Of a stretch of 53,475 bases of DNA, positions 9,377 through 17,614 are shown piece after piece. The translations under genes and the position numbers were made by a program. The notes under the pieces are model-generated. The model was not told where the DNA came from. It did no database searches and worked only from the letters and a program-made list of their open reading frames with translations. Origin of the DNA: a virus (lineage: Duplodnaviria; Caudoviricetes); IMG/VR virus record IMGVR_UViG_3300028388_004078, positions 1 to 53,475 of that record, one strand, 5' to 3'. Every line of letters begins with the position of its first letter. Position 1 is the first letter of the stretch.

Positions 9377-9464
9377 TGGAGGACCGGGTGGGATTCGAAC
9401 CCACGATGGACTTTCGTCTGCGGATTAAGAGTCCGCTCCCTTCGACCACTCTGGGCACCGGTCC
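9377..9464 (-). tRNA. tRNA-Lys(CTT) with long variable arm
   Basis: Anticodon loop CT-CTT-AA; variable hairpin GAC-GAAA-GTC; U73; CCA. Confidence 0.85.
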
Positions 9465-9472
9465 ATTGACGG

Positions 9473-10060
9473 CTACGCCGTCTTACGTGCCCCTACTCCG
9501 GGCTTTACCGGACGGCGCACAGGTTGTATGACATCCGTCTCTGTAATACGGATTAGAAGCCGTGTCAGTGGTTGATCAGCAAAAACTCCCCGGTGCCAAT
9601 CAAATCGAGTGAAGGTGTAGAAGGCGTCGAGGCCAATAGGCGCGACAGCGACATCCTCGGGAATTTGACCGACAATATCCTTCTGGTGTGTTTCTTCTTG
9701 ATCAGGAAGCCAGAGAACTAGGCTTTGATCAATGAACTCGGTTGGAGCACCGCCCATAATGAGCAGGTGGTGTTTTTCAGGGCGTGCCGGATGCAATGGG
9801 TTCGGCGGGCCATCAGGGTGCCACCCCGGTAGACAGGATTCTTTTGATGGCGTCAGGTTTTGCACCTTAACATCCGTCAAGACGCGCTTGTGTTTGTGTT
9901 CCAGCGGAGCTTGGCTGACCACATACTGGAAAAAAGGCGGTAGGCTGCGGTACGCCAGATCGAACGGCGCATACTTCCAGCCGTATTCAGGGAGAACGAA
10001 TTCCCCCTGAAACGAAACATCAGTGCGTTTGGGCGCGTCTTGGTTGAAGACACAACGCAT
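9473..10060 (-). CDS. Putative 2OG-Fe(II) dioxygenase-like protein
   Basis: PGWHPD (HxD), distal WHRG and RLLIR motifs. Confidence 0.5.
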   Translation of the reverse strand: MRCVFNQDAPKRTDVSFQGEFVLPEYGWKYAPFDLAYRSLPPFFQYVVSQAPLEHKHKRVLTDVKVQNLTPSKESCLPGWHPDGPPNPLHPARPEKHHLLIMGGAPTEFIDQSLVLWLPDQEETHQKDIVGQIPEDVAVAPIGLDAFYTFTRFDWHRGVFADQPLTRLLIRITETDVIQPVRRPVKPGVGARKTA

Positions 10061-10482
10061 CAGTAACCGCAGTCGTAGTCGTCCACGTGTCGCGTGAACG
10101 TGCCGTCATTGAAGGTGTATACGACCTGATAGTTGGCCGTAAACTCGCGGTCAAGGGCGGGAATGACCACGTTCGAGATTGCCGCGCTGATGGCCTTGTA
10201 GTCGTAGTCACCTTCGGGCGTCAGCCCGAGATCGTCGGAGAGTTCCCCGTAAAGGCGCGCCTTGCCGTTTATATCGCTCATTCCAATCAACGAATCAGTT
10301 TCGTGCTTGCACGGCTCGCCGTCGTTGAAGTTCGGAGTGTATCCGTAGACATAGATGACGCCGACCGTGCCCATCTGATCGATGGCCTCAAGAACCGGGG
10401 ACACCGAATCGGTGATAAGTTGAAGAAGTTCCGCTTCTTTGGTCTGGACCGCCTCAACAGCAGCCGTGAGTGTTTGGCACGT
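10060..10482 (-). CDS. Hypothetical protein (start region apparently frameshifted)
   Basis: GYTPNFNDGEPC..H motif; RBS+GTG at about 10482 is out of frame with the ORF body. Confidence 0.55.
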   Translation of the reverse strand, partial: TCQTLTAAVEAVQTKEAELLQLITDSVSPVLEAIDQMGTVGVIYVYGYTPNFNDGEPCKHETDSLIGMSDINGKARLYGELSDDLGLTPEGDYDYKAISAAISNVVIPALDREFTANYQVVYTFNDGTFTRHVDDYDCGY

Positions 10483-10539
10483 GTTCCTCCTATGTAAGAT
10501 GAGAATCACATACCGCACTGGACAGAGGAAGTCAAGTAT

Positions 10540-10614
10540 TGGTTGGGAGGGCAGGATTCGAACCTGCGACATCCTGATTCAAAGTCAGGCGCTCTACCAC
10601 TGAACTACCTCCCA
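10540..10614 (-). tRNA. tRNA-Gln(TTG)
   Basis: U1-A72 cloverleaf, CCA. Confidence 0.92.
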
Positions 10615-10622
10615 ACGAGGAT

Positions 10623-10712
10623 TGGCGGACAGCCGAGGTCTCGATCCCCAGACCTATCACTAGGCCCCATCCGCTTTCAAGGCGGTGCCGCACCCCGTGC
10701 GATTGACTGTCC
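10623..10712 (-). tRNA. tRNA-Ser(TGA)
   Basis: Long variable arm, G73, CCA; atypical D arm and T loop. Confidence 0.82.
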
Positions 10713-10713
10713 A

Positions 10714-10789
10714 TGGTACTCCCGACCGGACTCGAACCGATACCACTAACCTTATGAGGGCCGCGCTCTACCAATTAAGCTACAGGAGC
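10714..10789 (-). tRNA. tRNA-Ile2/Met(CAT)
   Basis: Cloverleaf, CT-CAT-AA loop, CCA. Confidence 0.82.
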
Positions 10790-11190
10790 AAATGTCCGTT
10801 GTCAAACTCCCAGTGACAATTAGGACATAGAACAACTAGATTTTCTATGGAGTTTACCACAGTAACCAATGTTTCCGCAGGAAAATCCTTGATGTCTCTT
10901 ATGTGACAAACATGCGTGTGCTTATCGTAAGCACAATTCTCACAAACAGAGTCTTTTGCATCGTACGCCACTTTTCGTGCGTGCTGTCTGAGAAAAGCGT
11001 ATCTTGAGCTTCTAGGCCCCGCAGTCGCCCGCACGTCCGCCAGCGTCTTTAGTTCCCAGTAATCTTCCTTGGGTTCCTTGGTTTTTGTTTTTCCAGTTCC
11101 CAAACGATTGTTGTTGTATTTTGCCGCGCATGAGCGTGAACAGAAACTAGGGTTTAAGGTTTTGTTCCCGCAATTTTTACAACAATTCAT
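10780..11190 (-). CDS. HNH homing endonuclease
   Basis: FCSRSC zinc motif; CENC..HVCH..NLVVLCPNCHWEFD; stop codon lies inside the next tRNA. Confidence 0.85.
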   Translation of the reverse strand: MNCCKNCGNKTLNPSFCSRSCAAKYNNNRLGTGKTKTKEPKEDYWELKTLADVRATAGPRSSRYAFLRQHARKVAYDAKDSVCENCAYDKHTHVCHIRDIKDFPAETLVTVVNSIENLVVLCPNCHWEFDNGHLLL

Positions 11191-11201
11191 GTTACGTCCT
11201 A

Positions 11202-11292
11202 TGGCGGATAGCCGAGGACTTGAACCCCAGACCCCTCCCGAGGCCCACATCGCTTTCGAAGCGAGTCGGCGCGCCTGTCCGATTGATTATCC
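11202..11292 (-). tRNA. tRNA-Ser(CGA)
   Basis: Long variable arm, G73, CCA; paralog of Ser(TGA). Confidence 0.85.
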
Positions 11293-11298
11293 ATTTGT

Positions 11299-11376
11299 TG
11301 GTACCCGAGGCGGGATTCGAACCCGCAAAACCCATCTTTTGAGGATGGTATGCTATTCCCTTTACATCGCTCGGGC
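11299..11376 (-). tRNA. tRNA-Leu(CAA), short variable loop
   Basis: CT-CAA-AA loop; variable region only GTTTT; CCA. Confidence 0.85.
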
Positions 11377-11383
11377 AAAATAA

Positions 11384-11461
11384 TGGTACCCCCGGTGGGA
11401 CTCGAACCCACAAAACCCACCTTTTAAGGGTGGTATGCTATTCCACTTACATCGCGAGGGC
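11384..11461 (-). tRNA. tRNA-Leu(TAA), short variable loop
   Basis: CT-TAA-AA loop; CCA. Confidence 0.85.
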
Positions 11462-11471
11462 ATGATTGAAT

Positions 11472-11549
11472 TGGTACCCGAGGGGGGACTCGAACCCCCA
11501 AAACCCAGCTTCTAAGGCTAGTATGCTATGCCAATTACATCGCTCGGGC
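11472..11549 (-). tRNA. tRNA-Leu(TAG), short variable loop
   Basis: CT-TAG-AA loop; CCA. Confidence 0.85.
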
Positions 11550-11556
11550 ACAGAGC

Positions 11557-11757
11557 TTAGCTGTATTCCAGCGCTCCATGTTCTTCGGCTTGGGTGAGAA
11601 AGCGCTCAATCACACCCATTGCAAGCTGTACCTGTTCGACTTGTTTTGGATCAGACAGGATTTCCTCCGGCTTGATGCGCCCCCCATTGAATAAATCGTA
11701 ATAGGGGTCATCAGAAATGACGACATCTGCGTCGTCGTTAAATTCGAACGGCTTCAT
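11557..11757 (-). CDS. Small acidic hypothetical protein
   Basis: 66 aa with RBS GAGG. Confidence 0.6.
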   Translation of the reverse strand: MKPFEFNDDADVVISDDPYYDLFNGGRIKPEEILSDPKQVEQVQLAMGVIERFLTQAEEHGALEYS

Positions 11758-11779
11758 TTCATTCCTCGTCTATGTTTTG

Positions 11780-11862
11780 TGCGCAGGGAGGTACTTGAAC
11801 CCTCACGACCTCTCGGACACCGCCCCCTCAAGATGGCGCGTCTGCCGTTCCGCCGCCTGCGC
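11780..11862 (-). tRNA. tRNA-Leu(GAG), class II, no complete encoded CCA
   Basis: TT-GAG-GG loop; long variable arm. Confidence 0.8.
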
Positions 11863-11864
11863 AT

Positions 11865-11938
11865 TGGTTGTCCTGAGAAGAATCGAACTTCTATCTAACG
11901 ATTATCAGTCGTTTGCTCTACCGTTGAGCTACAGGACA
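11865..11938 (-). tRNA. tRNA-Ile(GAT)
   Basis: Canonical cloverleaf, CCA. Confidence 0.92.
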
Positions 11939-11973
11939 GCTATTTTTAGTAGTCCATACTGACTACTATGAAA

Positions 11974-12047
11974 TGGTAGTCCGCCGAGGTATCGAACCCC
12001 GTACCCACGCTCATCAGGCGTGTGCCTCACCTTTTGACCTACGGACC
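11974..12047 (-). tRNA. tRNA-Ile(GAT), second divergent copy with G37
   Basis: CT-GAT-GA loop, CCA. Confidence 0.75.
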
Positions 12048-12054
12048 ATGAATT

Positions 12055-12129
12055 TGGAGCGGAAGGAGGGTAACGCTCCCTCTTATCTTGATTGGCAACC
12101 AAGCGCATTTACTTCTATGCTACATCCGC
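12055..12129 (-). tRNA. tRNA-Gly(GCC)
   Basis: GCGGA acceptor, U73, CCA; atypical T loop. Confidence 0.8.
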
Positions 12130-12549
12130 ATGTGCTGGCACCTATTAGATACCCAGCGACCTTTCACGGGACCCTCACGTAGCCAACGCTTTGGGTAGGT
12201 CCACGGAGGGTTGGTCTTCAACGCTCACCCCGGCTAGAGGCAAACTTCAACCAGTGCGCTTATCCGTGCCACACATTCGCCGGTGTGCGTTATCCAACTA
12301 CGTTCCAGACCTTCGCGACGGCCTTTTCCGAACCTCGGCACACGCCTTTGAGGTGGTCTAGCGTTTACAAGCACCGGCACAAAACTTAATACGCGCCCGG
12401 CGTGCTCCGCTTTCACACCAAACTGGGAGGGATTTGCTACGCTGGCTCCCTCGGGCCTGCTACACGCTAACCATGGCGAGGCACGACGATATTACGGTCG
12501 CATCCGCCTCCGTACGACCCGGAAGAACGGTTTCTCCCCGAAGGGACTT
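12130..12549 (-). ncRNA. Candidate ~420-nt structured RNA between two tRNA-Gly genes
   Basis: No credible ORF; multiple hairpins including UUCG and GCAA loops; contains copy 2 of the 80-bp repeat. Confidence 0.5.
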
Positions 12550-12625
12550 TGGAGCGGATACGGGGATTCGAACCCCGACCATCAGATTGGAAATCTGTTA
12601 TGCTACCGTTAAACACCATACCCGC
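12550..12625 (-). tRNA. tRNA-Gly(TCC)
   Basis: Canonical cloverleaf, U73, CCA. Confidence 0.92.
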
Positions 12626-12656
12626 AATTAGCACCGACACTCTCGTGTCAGTATAC

Positions 12657-12737
12657 TGGCACCCACGGAGGGACTCGAACCCCCATTTTCATCCAGTTAC
12701 CTTACTCATGGTTCGTAGCCATGGGGGTTACGTGGGT
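12657..12737 (-). tRNA. Rearranged tRNA-Arg(ACG)-like RNA lacking a D arm
   Basis: 7-bp acceptor plus GCCA, T arm and CT-ACG-AA anticodon arm present; only ~6 nt where the D arm belongs; enlarged variable region. Confidence 0.7.
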
Positions 12738-13084
12738 ATGTCTTCTGCGTCAATAAGCTCGACGCCAGCTTCGCGGGCAAGCCGCATCATGTTGGCTGTG
12801 CCGCGTCCGCCGGAAAAAGCAACGCATAGGTCCGGCATCTTGAACGCAAGCATCCGTGAATTACGGGTACAACCGTCTTTGTTTCCATTGGCATCCCACA
12901 GTGCTTCCATAGCAACTGGTTGAATACCACGTTTCTTTGCCCAACGATGTGCCATTTGATCGGCACCGGCTGCATCACCATGCATTAGGAAGGTAAACTT
13001 CCGCTCAGCATGAAGCTTGTCGAGCACGGAGAACATCTCTCGCTGGTTGCGGTAATCTTTGCCGCCAGTAACCAATACGATCAT
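12728..13084 (-). CDS. SLOG superfamily protein (DUF2493/YspA-like)
   Basis: VLVTGG, HGDAAGAD, RNSRML, AFSGGRGTANM motifs. Confidence 0.85.
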   Translation of the reverse strand: MIVLVTGGKDYRNQREMFSVLDKLHAERKFTFLMHGDAAGADQMAHRWAKKRGIQPVAMEALWDANGNKDGCTRNSRMLAFKMPDLCVAFSGGRGTANMMRLAREAGVELIDAEDIPT

Positions 13085-13099
13085 AATGCCCTCCATTGT

Positions 13100-13173
13100 T
13101 GGCACGGGTGACGGGAATCGAACCCGCCTCAAAGCGTAGACAGCGCTTCTTCGTCCCAGACGAATACACCCGC
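13100..13173 (-). tRNA. tRNA-Asp(GTC)
   Basis: CT-GTC-TA loop, G73, CCA. Confidence 0.82.
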
Positions 13174-13504
13174 ATGTGTTTCTCTATGGCAGTTTGCGTA
13201 CAGAAGTATGCATTTGTCTAGTTCTTTTTCTACCTTGTCCTAAGAACGATTTATGCCTCGCGCATCGATCCCGAAGTCTTTTTCTTCTGAATCTATGTGA
13301 TGAAAATCAAGGGCATCATAGCACTTGTCATAACCACAACGTTGGCACTTTCCGCCCTTCTTTTCAATGGCCTTCTTTTTATGTTTTTGCTGCGGTTTTT
13401 ACCCACTCAGTGTTACATGCGCGGCACCGCCATCTTTTGTCTGTTCTAAGGACAAACAAAGTCTTTCCGTGTTTCTTACAGCCCCTGAATTCTTCTTTGG
13501 CCAT
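13174..13504 (-). pseudogene. Decayed HNH endonuclease
   Basis: Manual translation: MAKEEFRGCKKHG..CRAC, frameshift, then GGKCQRCGYDKC..LDFHH..RS*DKVEKELDKCILLYANCHRE (internal TAG, apparent C-to-Y change). Confidence 0.8.
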
Positions 13505-13815
13505 CACGCTTCTTCTGGGATATCTCCCAAGTCAGTCACACCGAAGTGTGCGTAGAAATCTCTCAGTTCACGCTCGTCAATACAGAAAGTGTACCAACGA
13601 ACTTGACCAGTGTATTGGAACTGGTCTCGAAGGCTCATTGCTGCACCAGCAACAATGTCCGGGTTTTCCCTGATCCAGTCAGCATGCTCCGCGCATTCCA
13701 ACATGGTTCCATAGCGTGCCTCGTGGCCCGCCCACACACAATGGAACGGGGGTGCTGGCGACATTTCTCCCGCACTCATCGCGGTGCAGAATGCTACGAT
13801 TGGAACTAAACCCAT
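13504..13815 (-). CDS. Hypothetical protein
   Basis: Start MGLVPIVAFC after RBS. Confidence 0.5.
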   Translation of the reverse strand: MGLVPIVAFCTAMSAGEMSPAPPFHCVWAGHEARYGTMLECAEHADWIRENPDIVAGAAMSLRDQFQYTGQVRWYTFCIDERELRDFYAHFGVTDLGDIPEEA

Positions 13816-13867
13816 TATGCTTCCTTCGATTTTTGGAGGACCGAACTGTCGTTCGATCTCGTAGAGA

Positions 13868-13956
13868 TGGAGGACCGGGTGGGATTCGCACCCACGACGA
13901 GGCATGCGCCTACCGGATTAAAAGTCCGGACCATCGACCACTTCGGATACCGGTCC
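13868..13956 (-). tRNA. tRNA-Lys(TTT) with long variable arm
   Basis: CT-TTT-AA loop; variable hairpin AGGC-GCAT-GCCT; U73; T loop TGCGAAT. Confidence 0.82.
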
Positions 13957-14124
13957 TTACAGACTAGCTTACGCTGGTCCCAAGTGCCCAAATAAATTGG
14001 GCGAGGTGGTCTCCGACCGCCCCGCCCGTTCCGCCTATTGACGTTTACGCGTCAACGTCAGGCGAACCCGGTAAGGCGTGGTAGACCACGAATTCGATCA
14101 TGTCCCAAAAGTCGTTTCATCGTG

Positions 14125-14469
14125 TCACTCCATATCTACGGGGACCAACCAGTACCCGTTGTTTCTTGTTTCACTTGGCGTGGCTATTGTCCAGCCCATT
14201 TCCGCCAATCTTTCTTTTCTCTGCCTAATCATCACCTGAATCGTTGTAACAGGGTCAGAAGGCATCCGCGTTTTATCGTATTCGTATTCGATATACGCGG
14301 CTTCGCAGAGTTCCGTGATGCTGAGACCTCGCCGTGCGCGGCGAGCTTCCAGCAGAGCAGCCAAGATATTTGCATAACGCCCTTCAAACTTGCCCAAAAC
14401 CCATTCGGGGCTTATTCGATACCGTGTGGGCCTTCCACACGTTGGACAGTATAGGTCTTCGTCAGTCAT
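14125..14469 (-). CDS. Winged-helix (OmpR/PhoB C-terminal-like) DNA-binding protein
   Basis: CPTCG knuckle; TIQVMIRQRKERL recognition helix; GYWL wing. Confidence 0.65.
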   Translation of the reverse strand: MTDEDLYCPTCGRPTRYRISPEWVLGKFEGRYANILAALLEARRARRGLSITELCEAAYIEYEYDKTRMPSDPVTTIQVMIRQRKERLAEMGWTIATPSETRNNGYWLVPVDME

Positions 14470-14580
14470 GGCAACCCAAATTAGGTGCGGTTTTTACCAG
14501 ACCGCAAACTGGACCGAAACGAGATCCTAGAGGATCAATCGTTGTATACCCGACAACGGTTTGTCTGTCAAGGTATTTTT

Positions 14581-14658
14581 TGGCTCGGGTGGAGGGTCTC
14601 GAACCCCCGACACGCAGACGTTAACAGCATCCGGCTCTACCAACTGAGCTACACCCGA
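14581..14658 (-). tRNA. tRNA-Asn(GTT)
   Basis: Cloverleaf, G73, CCA. Confidence 0.9.
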
Positions 14659-14685
14659 ACAATTCGGATACCCGCATGAACTTCT

Positions 14686-14760
14686 TGGTGGACCGCCGGG
14701 GAATCGAACCCCGACTACCCGCTTGCAAAGCGGGGGTGCTCCCGTTATCACTAGCGGCCC
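14686..14760 (-). tRNA. tRNA-Ala(TGC)
   Basis: G3-U70 pair, CCA. Confidence 0.9.
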
Positions 14761-14914
14761 TTTTTGCCCAACCCCGTGTACTTTGGAGCAAGGACTTGTC
14801 GGCTTTTTTGGAATGCCGACCAACACATCACCCGAAGGGTATCTCAACTTGCTTCGGTTGCGCGGCATATCAACGCGGCCAATTATTCCTGACTATCATA
14901 AACGGAGTCAGTTG

Positions 14915-15433
14915 TCAAGGACTATTTTCGAAATGATCCTCTGGTAGGATAATGAATGGGACCCACGGAGAAATCGCAGGCGGCGCACCGCCTACTGCGT
15001 CTGGATAGGTAACCGTGACCCGAAAACGCGCGTTACCTTGCTCCACATTCGGGTCGATATAAAACTGATAACTCATGTTGAAAGTTCCGACAGGAAAAAT
15101 TACGCCGGAAACAGACAGCGGGGAATCGTGATACAAGCCGTCACCGTTTGTGATGACCCCAATTACATGAGGTTGTCCACAATCATCGCGATGTTTTTCG
15201 ATATCGTTCCAATAGATCATAGCCCACGCTCCCGGAGGTGTATCAGTCGCGCGGTGCCCAGAGCGCGGAAACGTGACGCACGGGCCTCTGGATTCTGCCT
15301 GTACGCGGGTGGTAATATATTCTTCTATGCGCGGCTCTGCGAGCCACAAGAAAACGCCTAAAACCGCCGAAACAGCGGCAACAGCCGCTGGAAAATGTTT
15401 ACAGAAATAAACAATTTGTGAAAACACAGACAT
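14915..15433 (-). CDS. Membrane-anchored hypothetical protein
   Basis: N-terminal hydrophobic helix followed by a beta-rich domain. Confidence 0.6.
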   Translation of the reverse strand: MSVFSQIVYFCKHFPAAVAAVSAVLGVFLWLAEPRIEEYITTRVQAESRGPCVTFPRSGHRATDTPPGAWAMIYWNDIEKHRDDCGQPHVIGVITNGDGLYHDSPLSVSGVIFPVGTFNMSYQFYIDPNVEQGNARFRVTVTYPDAVGGAPPAISPWVPFIILPEDHFENSP

Positions 15434-15533
15434 TCCTCTTCAGTTTTAATTCATCGGGGGAACTGTCGGTAATTTTTTATACCATGCGTGTCATATAAAG
15501 TCAACACAACACGGCACACTCGGATCAAATAAT

Positions 15534-15609
15534 TGGTGCGCGCGGGTGGGATTGAACCACCGGCCTCTGTCGTGTCAGGACAGCGCTACTACCGCTGAGC
15601 TACGCGCGC
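15534..15609 (-). tRNA. tRNA-Val(GAC)
   Basis: Cloverleaf, CCA. Confidence 0.9.
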
Positions 15610-15615
15610 GCGTAA

Positions 15616-15691
15616 TGGTACCCGGTGAAGGAATCGAACCTTCTCTGTCACGACTTGTAAGGACGCCGCTCTACCGGTGAGCTAACCGGGC
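15616..15691 (-). tRNA. tRNA-Val(TAC)
   Basis: Cloverleaf, CCA. Confidence 0.88.
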
Positions 15692-16024
15692 TCAGTCGTC
15701 TAACAAGCGGACGACCCGAAAATTTGCCCCCGGCATCCACCGATGGGCGGTTCTCATAACCCGCCGATCATGCAGCATTGGAATGAGTTGTTCTTCCTGA
15801 GACGGGCGAAGATACGCCCGACCATTGATGTCATAGTACCGATCACCGAGACGCGTGTAGACGTGACCGTCCAGTTCGCAATACCACGGCTCGGCGTCTG
15901 GAAACGCGGCCTTGAGTATCTTGTAGAACTCGAAGCAAGCGCCTCGGGTGTAGACGGTCACTGCGCCGGGGAAACTGTTCCGTATGGCGGTGATCAGCGT
16001 CTCAGGGGACGATGTTTCTGCCAT
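15692..16024 (-). CDS. Hypothetical protein (possible Cys-His-Asp papain-like fold)
   Basis: YTRGACFEF..GHVYT..YYDING. Confidence 0.55.
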   Translation of the reverse strand: MAETSSPETLITAIRNSFPGAVTVYTRGACFEFYKILKAAFPDAEPWYCELDGHVYTRLGDRYYDINGRAYLRPSQEEQLIPMLHDRRVMRTAHRWMPGANFRVVRLLDD

Positions 16025-16613
16025 AGAATGCCGGGGCTCGCGTGTTGGCTGCACGGGCGTCGAAGTGATACCATGCGGCGTTGTCCTTGCCGGTCTGCCC
16101 GGTGCCCTGAAACCACTTGACACGTCCGATAGAGACGATGTGCGTGCAGTACCGAAGGTAGGGCTCCGCTTGGACCGTGTGTGCCCAGTCAGCGTCGAAA
16201 AGGAACCACGTAGGCGCAATGCTCGCGCAATGCGCAATCAATCGGTGCAGGATGTAATCGTTTTTCTTGTCGCGCTCCCACGGCGGGTTCGTAATGATCA
16301 TGTCAATGTGATGTGCTTTGAGGTCACGTTCTGTGATCTCAAACGCATCTCTTTCGTCCACGTCATCACGCCATGCGCCGTCGAAATGGATGTCTGCTGT
16401 CCGGCGTGCCCCCTCGGGGCCGATGTCGGACAAGAGCCTCGCACGACCGTTGGTGTGGTTTTCAACGTGACAGGCAAGACGACCGTCTCCGGCGCAAGGC
16501 TCAGCAAAGAAGAAGCCACCCTTGGGCAGAAAAGAAACCAGTGGAAGAAACGCCGCTTCGGGCGTGAAGTATTGGCTCTTTTCCAGCCGGTCGAAGTCGG
16601 ATCGCTTGCCCAT
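16002..16613 (-). CDS. N6-adenine/N4-cytosine DNA methyltransferase
   Basis: SAM-binding EPCAGDG and catalytic ITNPPW motifs. Confidence 0.85.
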   Translation of the reverse strand: MGKRSDFDRLEKSQYFTPEAAFLPLVSFLPKGGFFFAEPCAGDGRLACHVENHTNGRARLLSDIGPEGARRTADIHFDGAWRDDVDERDAFEITERDLKAHHIDMIITNPPWERDKKNDYILHRLIAHCASIAPTWFLFDADWAHTVQAEPYLRYCTHIVSIGRVKWFQGTGQTGKDNAAWYHFDARAANTRAPAFYGRNIVP

Positions 16614-16810
16614 CAGCCGTTGATCCCCACGTAAGATTCGATCACTTCACCGTTTTCGTTGGTGATCGTGTGCTTCCGTACGGAATAGACCTGCATCCCG
16701 TGATCGCCGTCATAGTTGGCGATGCGTACGGACATGTCGCCAGCGTCTTCCATCCCTGCTAGAACTTCTGTAAGGCCGGAAACGGTCATGGCGTTCGTAT
16801 TGAGTGGCAT
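16613..16810 (-). CDS. Small hypothetical protein
   Basis: RBS AGGAG then MPLNTN. Confidence 0.5.
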   Translation of the reverse strand: MPLNTNAMTVSGLTEVLAGMEDAGDMSVRIANYDGDHGMQVYSVRKHTITNENGEVIESYVGING

Positions 16811-16873
16811 GTAAGCTCCTGTTCCATCAGATATGCCCGTATAGCACAGTTTCTCGTGAAATGCAAGTGGATA

Positions 16874-16960
16874 TGGTGGAAAGCGCATGAATTGAACCTG
16901 ACCCGGTCAGACCGGAACGGGGTTACAGCCCGCTTACGTCACCAGACGCTGACACTTTCC
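16874..16960 (-). tRNA. tRNA-Tyr(GTA)
   Basis: Long variable arm, CCA; imperfect T stem. Confidence 0.78.
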
Positions 16961-17508
16961 GTTAGATATGTGACCAGACTTTTCGGTCTCTGATCATGTA
17001 GATGTAGGAGTGGTGGACCCCAAATTCTTTTGCGATGTGTGAGAAAGGTCGGCTTTCCTCGATCTGCTCGCGTATAGCGTATATGTCTTGGACAACCGGG
17101 CACGTGGATTTTTCTTGCCTCTGTGATCGGCTCCTGTGCGGCTGGCCCGTCCTTTTACGGCCATATCCCGCATATTGTCATAATGGTCCCCCACACTCAA
17201 GTGCTCCGGGTTACAGCACAGACCGTTGTCACATGTATGCATCACCAGCAGTGCGCCGGGGTCAATTCCGTTATGCAGGAAGTAAGAAATCCGGTGAGAC
17301 GACACAGTTTTGCGAGAGTTTGGAAGCTTGATGTGGCCGTATGAAATATCGCAACTATTACTGGTCTGTCGTGCGCCCTGCCATTCCCAACATTCCTCGG
17401 GGGGACCGTATGTCTATTTTTGACCAAAAAACGCTCAGATAGGCTGTCGATCTGGGAATCTGTCAATAAGTCCAGTCTCGTGCTCCCGCGAACAGTATTG
17501 TCTGACAT
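16961..17508 (-). pseudogene. HNH (HNH_3-type) homing endonuclease with multiple frameshifts
   Basis: CWEWQG, HRISY, MHTCDN..CCNPEHL..DNMRDM motifs spread over several frames. Confidence 0.8.
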
Positions 17509-17520
17509 AAGATTCTCTTT

Positions 17521-17594
17521 TGTACCGGGCAGGGGACTCGAACCCCATCCGCCTCATTCACAGTGAAGAATGCAACCCTTACACCTTACCCGGC
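17521..17594 (-). tRNA. tRNA-His(GTG), alphaproteobacterial type
   Basis: No G-1, A73; ends ACA rather than ACCA. Confidence 0.8.
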
Positions 17595-17614
17595 ATATTC
17601 ACGCCGGAATCAGG

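Noticed and set aside
12234-12416. 60-aa ORF sharing KAEHAGRV.. with the Pth2 tail
   Set aside because: No RBS or upstream ATG; identity follows from the DNA repeat. Flanking mismatches fall at third positions but are too few to show coding.
13240-13242. Amber stop-codon reassignment
   Set aside because: Single in-frame TAG in an otherwise decayed HNH gene; no suppressor tRNA seen; other genes end in TAG.
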